NCBI GenBank assembly: GCA_020536535.1
Contig: JAHLWZ010000627.1
Span: forward strand, 1 to 51,658
Length of the DNA stretch: 51,658 nucleotides
Source: Pelomyxa schiedti
Taxonomy: Eukaryota; Protista; Evosea
Direction: 5' to 3'
Part shown: one piece after another, positions 25,288-36,391 of the stretch
How the letters are laid out: every line of letters starts with the position of its first letter
Numbering within the stretch: position 1 is the first letter of the stretch
Notes under the pieces: generated by a model
Told to the model about the DNA's origin: nothing
Databases searched by the model: none
What the model saw: the letters and a program-made list of their open reading frames with translations, nothing else
Program-made: the position numbers and the translations under genes

Positions 25288-27773
25288 ATGTCGTCCAGCA
25301 CTGGATCTACGACCGGAGGGGGGAGGGAGTCGGTGATACGGCTGCGGGGGATCGGGCCAGATGACTGTCGCAGACGTCGCGAGGCCCAGCAGACCATAAT
25401 GCGGAAATCGCTGCGCGACGAGCGGGTGCTAAAAAAGCGCAACATCGCGATCCCGCCCAGGAGATCTGCGTCCTCGTCTTCGTCTGGTTGCGACGGCGAT
25501 ACGACGACCTCAGTGCTTAGCTTCGGCGCTTCGTTAGACGACAGTGCGAACGCGGCGACTTGTGCAACGGCCGCAGTATCTCCGACCACGACTTTTATGC
25601 CCACTCTGGAAATGCCTGGAGGTTCGCTTTCATCGTTCGACGTGAACGCGATCATTGCCGCCGCGAATGCTAGCAAAACGGATTCAACCAACGTCACCAC
25701 AACTCAACAACAACAACTACAACAGCACAGGAACTCACACAGCCACACGAGAAACATGGACTCGGTTTCTCTGTTTGATGATTCGAGAAAGGTTCGTGTC
25801 ATGTGCATTTGGTTAGGCCATATACTTTTTTTTTGTTGTTGTTGTTCCTTCCCAGCCAATGCAACTTAACCACCCTTCCCAAGGTATCATTAACACACCA
25901 GCTTTCTCAAATCGTTTCCATGCTCAACAGCACCGATCCCAACACACAACACGACGCAGCATCTTGGATTAGAGTTCTTATCTCTCTGGGTTTGTACACA
26001 GTATGAATGTAAAAATTCCCTGACATTACCAAATAAAATAAAATAACAGAAGAGAACGCTCCCCCACTTGCGGAGGTTGTTAACAGTGGGGCCGTTCCAA
26101 AACTAGTTGAATTTCTGGAGAGAGATGACTTTCCACAACTTCAGCTTGAAGCTGCTTGGGCCCTCACCAACATTGGTATGTTTTCCTTATTTCCTTCTCA
26201 ACTCATGTGTCTTGCAGCGGCAGGAACATCCGAACAAACAGAGGTTTCCTTTTTGGTCATTTGGACTTTAAATTAATATTTGTCAGTACCTCATTCACCT
26301 GGGCATTGTACCATTATTTATTAAAATACTTCAGACAGCATCAGTGGAACTTCGTGAACAAGTACCAATTATTACTTTCATTTTTCAAACATTTCATTTC
26401 CCCGTTTAAAAGGTTGCATGGGGGCTAGGAAATATAGCCGGGGACTCCCCTACAGCCCGAAACCTTATCATTTCCTCTGGTGGCGTTCAAGTTTTAGCAA
26501 GTCAATTCACAACACTCTCCACAACATTTCCACTCAACGCACCTCCACAATTACAGTACGCAAATAAAACGATACTTTATCGCAACACGGCTTGGACGTT
26601 ATCAAATCTTTCTAGAGGCAAACCACCTCCTCCGTTTGAGCCGGTGTGTAACTATAAATGTCCGGGACTTCAAACAGTAACCATGCCTACAGTTCAAGGA
26701 GATTCTTCCTATACTGGCAACACTTGTTTACAACACCGACAGTACTGTACTAGAGGATATATGTTGGACTCTAGCATTCATCACAGAAGGGTCGAATGAT
26801 AAAGTGCAAGCAGTGGTGGAGTCTGGTGTTTGCTCACGAGTCGTTGAACTATTGATGTAAGCTTAGCTACAACACTGACTGAAGTCACTGTAACTAGGCA
26901 CCCACTCCCCCGGGTACAGGCCCCAGCATTACGGATTGTTGGAAATGTTGTGGCAGGCAGCGATGTACACACACAAGTTATTATTAACCTTGCTGCATTA
27001 CCTTGTCTCCATGCACTTCTTGGCAGCTCGAAACCAGGTGGGTAACCCCTTCAAACAAAACAAGTTCTGATCACACCAAGTTATCCGGAAAGAAGCTTGC
27101 TGGGCTCTAAGTAATATTTTAGCTGGACCTCCAAACCATGTGGCTGCTGTAATCAATGCAGGGATAGTTCCCACCTTAATTGGGCTCATGCAAACTGGGA
27201 GTCCGGAAATAAAAGTAGAAGCAACATGGTGTGTGTCCAATGCGGCATCTGCTGGCGATTTGCAGCAAGTAAGGTATTAATACCGCATTCCATTTGCACC
27301 TCCATTCCGCTGTCTCTTTCCCTTTGAAGTTTTGGAAGTATTAATTCGTAACACAGATATTTTGTGAAGCAAGGATGCATACCACTCCTATGTGACATGC
27401 TTCTACTGCAGGACTCGTCATGTATTTGCGTGGCCCTCAACGCACTTGAAAAAATCCTGAAGGTTTGTATCTCACTAAGGGTTTTTTGCGTTAAGCTGGC
27501 TAACTTGGTGCGGCGTAGTGCGGACAAGTTGGGGAAAACGAATTTGTGCAGCCCATAGTTGACGCTGGAGGTGCAGAGCAAATGGAAGTACTGCAAGGCC
27601 ACGGCAACAATCACATATACGAGCTCACTATAAAGATTCTTGAGACCTACTTCGGCGCCGAATCATCACCAGACTCTGAGGATAACAACTTGAAGTTGCT
27701 GCAGGCACAGAATGATAGCAACAACAGCACCCGAGGCACACAGCAACAACCCCCCACGTTCCACTTCCCTTGA
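25288..27773 (+). CDS. Importin subunit alpha (karyopherin alpha)
   Basis: IBB-like [28 protein letters not shown] repeats with [54 protein letters not shown] and EATWCVSNA. Ends ...FHFP. Confidence 0.96.
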
Positions 27774-28138
27774 CACACCCTTTTCGTGTTCTAATTTGGC
27801 AGCAAATTCCTTCAGAAAGTCTTTTACACTAGTGGGCCCACTCCCCTGAAGGATATTTTTTCGACTCCTGCATACGCAAATGGCATTTGGTTTCACTATT
27901 CCACTGCGCTCAGTTTGTTCAGGCCTTGCCCTTTGATGGGACACATGGCTTTGACACCCGAAGAGATCTGAAGGCTGATTAAAAATAACGTCATCCTGAT
28001 TTTGAAAGCGAAAAAAAAAAGTTTTTTTTGTTTTTTCTTAAAGGAAGACAACCCCGCCGTGCTGTATTTGTTAATACTTAGTTCGCCGGACGTGGGGAAG
28101 AAAGAACAACCAGAGTAGATCCCAGATCTTCTACAAAT

Positions 28139-29545
28139 ATGTCAAACACGAGTGCGAAGGCGAAGGTTGTGGGTGGGACACCAACACGCGCGTCTACTAC
28201 TACTACGACAACGGCTACTACTCCTGCAACAGCATCGTCAAAAGCCGTAAAACCGAGCCATACGGAGAAGGCAGATGTGTCATCGTCGGAATCGGAAGAC
28301 GAGAAGACAGAGAAGCGTAACTTTTGGTCTGTTCTCCCTGGGACCAGGGAAACTAGAGCCGGGAGGCACATGAGGACGAGATCCAGCCTAAGAATGCCCA
28401 GGCCGATGTTTGTGGATGTTCCTTCTCACGGGCTGCAGGCGCTGAAGGTCTGGCGCTATTCCTTTAATGCACAGTTACTGACATTTTAGTAGCGTGGAAC
28501 AAGTCGTCCTAAGCAATACCTCTGTATGGTAAGGGAAGCTATGAGACACATCCTCAAACAAAGGCCTGCGGTAAGATTTTGAAGTTTCGTACAAGGCCCA
28601 ACTAAGCACAGGATGATGATAGAAAAGGCTATGTGAGCATTGTTTCTATTCAGCATTACATCTATTCGAACTATAAAGTCAAAAGTAATTTCAAGTATGT
28701 GAGGTAACAGTAAAAACTTGTTGAGATTTATTCTACTTTAGGCAACAAGTTCTTGCAACAATCAAAACTGCTGTCGAAAACAAAAAATTGCAGCAGAAGA
28801 ATCGCTCTGTTCGATTTCCCCTAAAGGTGCCACTATCACAAGGATTCAATCAGCCTTATTTTTCCTGCAGAAGAAAAAAACTGCAAAAGCTCCAAGTCCT
28901 AAGAAGAGGAAAGTTTCAACTGCCAAGGATGCCAAGACAGAACCAAAGAAAGCAAGAAAATCCACTACCACAGGGAAGACTAAGACTGACAAGACTACTG
29001 AGAAGAAAAAGCCCACCGAAAAATCGCGTCAAAAATCTGTGGCACAGAAAGACACAAAGAAGCGAGAAAAGAAAGAGCCCGCAAAGAAAACCAAGGCCAA
29101 AAAGACTGTGGCTAAGAAATCCACCACTGAGCGCAAGAAGACGAGCAAGTCCAAAGTCGCTAAGGTCCAACAAGTATTGTACTTCTAAGAACCAGTGTCT
29201 AAGCAACTGCAGAATCTCCTTGGGGATCTCAACGCTGTGGCAGTAGGAAGCTCTGACATCCACTGGCAGTATCTTGATGGCACCTGGAAGCCATATTCGG
29301 CCGAGGCTGATGCCACTCTCGAGAAGTATTACTCGGAATACCAAAAGAACCAGGGCATGTATGACGTACCTGCTGTTCACAGTGGTGAATGGGACTATTG
29401 TGTTGACTTTGCCACAGTATCTCTTCCTAAATTATCCACTTCTTATGAAACTCAAATTACAACACAGATGAAGCAAACGAACATTCAACACCACAGCCAC
29501 ACTTCACGCAATATCCGTCGCCTACCAGACAAAAGCTCTAGTTGA
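28139..29545 (+). CDS. Linker histone H1/H15-domain protein with Lys-rich tail and C-terminal WWE domain
   Basis: Spliced: PKQYLCMVREAMRHIL...DRKGYVSIVSIQHYIYSNYKV...VLATIKTAVENKKLQQKNRSVRF (winged helix). Then a K/T/A-rich tail with SPKKRKV, then HWQYLDGTWKPYS...LEKYY...YCVDFATMKQTN...RNIRR (WWE). Confidence 0.8.
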
Positions 29546-29634
29546 ATATTTGTTGGTGATGTTACTTGTAAAAAAGGGTCTTTTTTTTGAGAATCCACTT
29601 TATGCAACACAAAAACCCAACTACCAAATTTCCT

Positions 29635-30926
29635 TCAAGATTTTTTTGAAGTGCCAAATCCAGTCGGCAGTCCCAGAGCAGCCATTTCAGGGTCCACTTC
29701 GGCAATGAGGTCAGGAAGGAGCCTGCCCTTTGTGTTTGGTTTATTTGTGGAGCTGGGTGTAGTAGCAGAGGCAGCGGGCGTAGGAGCTGTATTCGTAGTG
29801 CTGGGAGGTGTAGGGGGGGTTGGGGTTGTAGTGGGAGTTGTTGTTGATGAGGATGACGACTCGGGTGTGTTGCTGTTGTTGTTGGAGGCAGTGGCTGTTG
29901 CTTCCGATGCGGTAGCGGATGCAGAGGCAGAGTCGGAAGTGGGTGCTGTTGTTGGATCGGAAGCTTCCGTGGTAGAGGTTTTTGATCTGGAACTGTGTTT
30001 GCTGTCGCGTTTCCTCTGGCCCTCGTCAGCTTTTTCTCGTCTTCTTTTCTCTTCAAGTTCTGGAAAAAGGGGTAAGTTATTTATGGGAATGGTAAGGGAG
30101 GCCGATATCACCTTGAGAAGGGTCTCCATCAGGGTGCTTTTCCTTCAACAGCGAAAAGCGCTTTCGTACTTCATCAACAGATGATCTCTCTGGTCTCATG
30201 CACATTCCTAGTGCTCTGTGGTCTGGCAGATGTTAGGTGAAAAACCAGGGGAAAAAAGATGGAGATACGTTTGACCCCATTTATGTGATCCAAGAAGTTC
30301 GAGGAGTCCTAATTCCATCGGATTAGTTGCAGTGTAAATGTGCTTTCACAACCTTGATAACACAGTCACAGACGTCACAATAAAAGCCACCTTGCTCATT
30401 CAATGGTGTTGTAGCAGTCACAACCTACTGTTGTTTGGCACGTCTTGTCTTTTCAAGAAAGTTGTTGTGGTTTGTGGTGGGTGTCCATTTTGTTTTCAAT
30501 TACTTAGAGGGAGAAGGAGTTAACACACTTGCGTTTTTCCAACTCTCGATTCAAGGTCCAAGATAGATGTTCTGGCTCGCAAAGGTACACGGTTGACTGG
30601 ATTAGGAGTAGCAACTGAAGTTTTCGTTAAAGAAAGAAATAAAAAAAAAAAAAATTAAGTGCATTAAAAAAAAAACCAACCTTTACGAGGAGGTGGCATC
30701 ACGCGATCGTCGTTGGCGTCAGCCTCGGCGGCTCGTTTCGCGTAGTAGTCTTTGTCCCATTTGCGCCTGCCCAGAGAGTCCACAGAGTGCCCGGTGGTTT
30801 TCTTTGTTTTTTTTTGATTAGTGTTGCCGTTGATCTAACATCATCGGTGGTAGCGATAAGTGAGTGCGTTTTGGGTTTCCTCACAACATTGGGTTCGTCT
30901 CGTGCCGCTGTCTTCTTGGATGCCAT
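29635..30926 (-). CDS. ZMAT2: Zinc finger matrin-type protein 2 / Snu23 (U4/U6.U5-associated)
   Basis: Spliced: [69 protein letters not shown], and C-terminal [12 protein letters not shown]. Confidence 0.93.
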
Positions 30927-31146
30927 CACCAGTTGATTTAATTCTTGGAAAGGAGAAAAAATGCCATTCACTCCCGAGTCTCTGGTGTCACTGATGTTGT
31001 TTCGTTGTGAAGTGTTGGTTAATTTTGGTGGGCTTACAAGGATGGTGATAGGTCACCACCAGGAGTTTTTCTTTGTGAGATCGCCCGATCTGGTGGTGAC
31101 ACCAATTTCGCGGCCGAGCGTTTTTTTTCCAGAACCAACGCACCTA

Positions 31147-32860
31147 ATGTCGCGCGATGGAGCACAACCAGTCCAAAAAAAACCAGGACCCTACGGCCAA
31201 ATCATGGGCTGCATCACGCCGCAGGTAGAGTGCTGCTTCACGCGCCAGTACGACGACTCGGGGTACGGGTACGACAACCCCGACACGATCGCCGTCTCCT
31301 CGTACCGAGACCCCGGGTCGATCCAAGACGGCCCTGCGTCGTCGTCTTCTTCTTCGCCGGCGGCGGCGGCCCCGCGCGCGTCGGCGTCGTCGTCGCGCTC
31401 GCTCGTCGCCATGCGAGCCCAGAGGGCGGAGGAGGCCGAGGAGCTGAGGCTCGCGATGAACTCACTTCGCGGGAACGGCAACCTGCTGCGCCACACCCTG
31501 AGGGACAACTTCGTGCCCCCAGCCGAGCCCCCGGCGGCGCGGCCGAGGCTGGCGCTGAGGGTTCCGACCGACAGGAGCTACCAGCATTACGTGATGGAGA
31601 AAATATCCGGCGCCTATCACCAGAGCGACCTCGGCGGCCGCGCTTCGCAGTCGCCGCGCGCGGTGCCGACCATGTGCTCGGCGCGATGCGTGACGACGCA
31701 GACGACTCGGGCGCGGCGCCATTACTTCCGCTGCGATCACCACTTTCGGAATCACCAACACCTGTGCCCTGCCCACCAAAGGGACTCGAACGGGCACTCG
31801 GAGGAATATATTCAGCAACACCAACAGCAAAGCCACTTTTACTGCGGACCTACTTCCGCAGCTCCATTGCCCATGAAAGAAGAACTCACCGAGACAAATT
31901 GTAGTATACTTCCCTCGGATATGAGAAGGTCTGTTACACTAGAGGGATCCACACCATGCCCTAGCTTAAGTCCCAGCAATACAAATAGCAGTGACAGTGA
32001 TGGTGACTTAGAGAGAAGCCGAACCCTCAGCATGAACAGCAGCCAAAAGCAATATAAAAACAACCTCATAAAACGTTATGATTACCGTGCATCTACAGCG
32101 GAGCCTTCTGATAGAGTTAGTGCCCCAAAAAGAACACAGAAAGCTGGCCCCTTCACAGAGTATGGGCCTTCTGCAGAACAAGTTGCAACGGAACTTGGGA
32201 TGCACTATGCTGGATCGTCAGAATATTATTCACAAACCACCGCAAGTACCTCCCCAACACCACAACCAGCAAATTCAAAACTCAAGCAGCAGCTTGTTTG
32301 TGAGGATGAAGACTTGCGCAATTTATTTTTCCATAGATTTGATTGTTTATCCGGAATAATATCGCGGGTTTTTGTATATTCCTGGCTTAGTGACACCCTT
32401 CCAATCGTCGCCTTTACGGAGTCTGGACAATTCAGTTCATACAATGCACCCAAATCTAAGAATGATTGTATGTAGAAGTGCGCTGTCCTCGATACCACTA
32501 ATGCAATCCAAAGTGTTTTTGATTGTCTGCCATTTCCAACTTAAAGTTCCAACTGCGGAAGTGTAAGTACAAAACAATGCAAATCTTTTTCTAACAGCTT
32601 CCAAACAAAGATTCCGTGGTCTACACCCAAGCATCAAGCAGTGCCTTGTTTTGATTCTTGACCGATTGACACTACACTTTATGCACGAAACAACCTACAA
32701 CCCACCAAAGAAACTCCTAGGAAGCTTCTTACGTGGGAGAGTACAATGCTTTGTGCCGGAATGGGCTAACAATGCCAGAAGACAACTAGAAGTCACCAGG
32801 CAAGTAGACAAGGATACGGCGGCACACATAGAAGACCTTCTCACCAAGTCCACGTTCTGA
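31147..32860 (+). CDS. Hypothetical protein (disordered N-terminal half, globular C-terminal region)
   Basis: Long ORF 30961..32475 (likely ATG 31147). A phase-1 GT-AG intron joins it to the ORF ending at 32860. No recognisable family. Confidence 0.65.
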
Positions 32861-33081
32861 TCAGTTGTTACCCCCACAAATCCCACAGAAATGCGGCGCG
32901 ACCTTTCTTTTGATTCTATTTCCGATGTTTCTTGATCTTCTAGACCCCCATTCCACTAACCACGCAAATCGTCAAAAAGATCGTTTTTTTTTTTTTTTTG
33001 AGAAAGGAAAAGGAACGCACTCAACCAAAGGCCCATGTCCAACAACGATAAGGACGTCGATTTTCCTCTGTTGCCAAATGA

Positions 33082-36000
33082 ATGCCAGTAGTTCCCTGCT
33101 CTCCGTTTGAAAACAAACACAAATCACAAAAGATCTTTAATCGAACCACAACACAAAGACAACGGAGATCTCTGTCGCTGGTGTACGCGTCTAATACTGT
33201 TCTGCATGCTTTTGCATCGTTGGTTGGACTCAGTAAGGGCATTCTCGTGGGCGTGATTGTTTGGTTTATCACCGGCCGCGTGTGGCTCGCATGTACAGCG
33301 GTGTTCGTGGGAGTTCTCTCGATGACGGCAAATGGCTGCTTGGCCCTCATTTCCTCAAAACCGAGCAGAGTGTACCTCGGCGAACACGAGGGAGGAAGCC
33401 GAGCCACAGCACCCAAGAAGGGCTTCAACACATTGCGTGATGATTTCCCTACTGCGAAGGATGCCTATGAGTTAGAGGTGGAAGGGAGCTCACCCAGAGT
33501 CGGTTCATTCCTATCTCCATATGTGGGTGCTGCCACTGTGACTTTTTCTGTAATTTGGGGCACATTGGACTTCATATTGTCTGGCACGATGGCTTTCTTT
33601 TCTTTTTTTATGGCTGCGTCACTTACGCGGGAGCCAGACAAGGAAGTGAGCGAAGACTGGGCAGTGTTCCATTCCCTATGTATTGGATCTTTTTCAGTAT
33701 GCATATTTGCAGGCACGGTGCAGTTCGCCGCTCTGACGATGTGCGTTGTTGCCTGGGCATTCTCTTATTCACTCAGAAAATGCCCAGCTGTACACTATGG
33801 GAAACGAAGATGCTGTAAATCCCTTCGCGACTACTGCTGTGCTCGTTCACGTGGGCACTGCTGCTTAAGCGCTTCATTTGCATTTTTGATTGTGGCTTCT
33901 ATCTGTACTGTGGTAGTCCTCACTGTCGGTCCCTTAGTCGGAACATTTACAAATTCTGGAAGTTGTTCAGATGAAGACCAAGATTGTTTCTCCTCCTGCA
34001 ACGAGATTAACCCAGGTGTTTGCTTACTTCCATTTCCCTCAACATTTTACATGAGACCCGATAACACACCGACTGGCTGGCGGGTTGCCCTGGGTAATAA
34101 ATCAACTCCCCTTATCAGGGGTCTTCACAATGTGCATGTCGATGTTGGTATATTCAATGAAATGGATGGATTTTCTGTGACAGCTCCAGCCCTTTGCTTT
34201 TTCGATGATTTAAGCCTAGATGGCACAATACCAGTCACAAACCCGGAATATTACCTCAACCCAGATGCAAGAACAGTATTGATAGATACCACAACTGGCT
34301 CAAGAGTTGCACATTGGGTGGAGCTGGATGGAATGGATCAGAAATCTCCCCTTCTTATTATACAACCAGCTCAGACCCTCCACCATGGCACAAGGTTAAG
34401 ACGTCACACAAACTTACAATAGAACAAACTCTCATTAAGGTACATTATTGGAATTCGCGGGCTCCTGTCTAACTCTGGAGAACCAATTCCGAGAGCTCCA
34501 CATTTCAATGCTGTTGTTTCCAATCAGACTGGGGAAGAGTCTGAGTATTTCTATTCACAAATTTTTGGCTACTTGGAAGGTGACGGATGGAAACTAGAAG
34601 AAGTGCTCCTTTCGTGGGATTTCGTCACGGTATGAAGTTTGGTCAGGTGGATATAAAAATGATATGTATAGATAAGCGAGGAATACAGTCTTGGAAGAGC
34701 CAAGCTAATGCTGGCAGCCTCGGCTCCGTACTATGGTTCTATCCAATACCACGTTGAACATGTCGACATTCATAATTGTGATTCCAATTCTTCATTTACT
34801 GCAAAATCGATCTGGGGTGTGTCCACCCACTTTTTCCCACATCTTAATCACAGTGCAAAGGTTACTTCTATGCTCCAATGTTTGTAACTGACAATAGAGG
34901 AGGAAGACTACTTTCCAGGCCGGGTGCCCAAACAATCCAGACCCTTCAAGAACTGCTCAAAGTTCAGTTCCTCATCGAAGTACCGTGCAGCCTTATTTTG
35001 GATCCTTCTCCATCCTTTACCATGCAATACGGACACCGCATGTTCAGTAAGCTCCCCGTTTCCTATGTTATCTGTAATTTAAATTTGATTTCAGGGGACA
35101 GATCAGAGATTCAGCTATCTTGGATAAGAGAACTTGCTAATAAGTCGACCCGCATTGCCAATATTCACCTTAAAATAATTTACAGAAATAAGTGGGTAAC
35201 TTATGCAGTTGACTGGTATGGATCCTCCCGACTTGATCTACTGGTGCTATGGAACGTATTGTTCAATGACCCAGATAACTTTGTATCAATCCCGGAGTGC
35301 ACACAGCAAGGATTTATTAATGCGAACTTAATGGCGCACTTAATGACAAACGAAGTTTGTACAAACGTTTGGGGTAGGAACATCTTTTCACACTATCACA
35401 GATGTTGACAGAACCGGAGCTCCAGGTTCTCCTACGATTGTATTTTTCTAAATTGTTAAGATTTTTCAGGTTTCAGGGATCTCTTTAATTGATCCTTCAA
35501 AGTTTGGCTTTTATGGTTCCATTTTTCTATTGAAATCCTTCATTTAACCTCAACCAAGGAAATTCTGAAGGAGGTATTTTAGGAGGAGCTTATATTGCCC
35601 TCTCAGATATGCTGGAGCGCGGAATCACCAATGTGGCAGGATCACCATTTGCCCTTTGGCTTCCACGAAGTTCATCATTCAGCTTCTTCAACACGATTAT
35701 GATTAACTTCTTGTTTTACAACCAAAGGGACATACGACTCATGCTCAGTCTCTTCCAGGTAAGAGCGAGATTTACCCATTTTCTTCCAAAAGTTCTTAGA
35801 TACTTTGGGATGCTGGGGAAGTAGGCGGGTGGTTGAACGCCCTTGATAAGCCACTCCTCATCCAGGGTCTCACTTTCTATTTCTCTACAACTAATTTACC
35901 CTCCCTAAACAGCTGCTCTCAATGACCCTTCAGTGTCCAATTATGCCACACAATTCTATTCACGTTCTGTCAACGCAACCTTGATAAGTCCGGCTTCCCA

Positions 36001-36312
36001 AGCCGTATGGCCACTACTCGAAAGTGATCCCTCCTGTTGCCCACCCCCTAACAATGGAGCCTGGCTGGTCGAATGGCAGTATGACAACGTTCCCGCACTT
36101 CCCGACTCCAGCGCCCCCCCTCCCGACGGTGCACCCAAAGTAAACGATTGCCCACAGCAGTATGCCTCCCTCCATTTCTCCTCCAAATAATTCATGCTCA
36201 CCATCGCTCAAGAGAACCGGAAGGACAACAACAAGCCGCCGAATTTCTGGAGACTGGCAATGTTGTACAATTCTGTGCTGGTGTATGTCGAAAAACAACG
36301 GCGTGCACCTAA
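33082..36312 (+). CDS. Membrane-anchored protein with a bacterial-type extracellular alpha/beta-hydrolase (lipase-like) domain
   Basis: About 5 N-terminal TM helices, then CLLPFPSTFY...TPTGWRV, FNEMDGFS, RVAHWVELD, WDFVT, QYGH, AVDWYG, nucleophile elbow YGNSEGGILGG, and C-terminal FLETGNVVQFCAGVC. Confidence 0.8.
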
Positions 36313-36391
36313 GGCACTATGGAACGTGATTGAAGTAACAAGTAAACAAGAAAAATAACTCTTATTTACTCTTTTTTTACATGTGCCTTGT

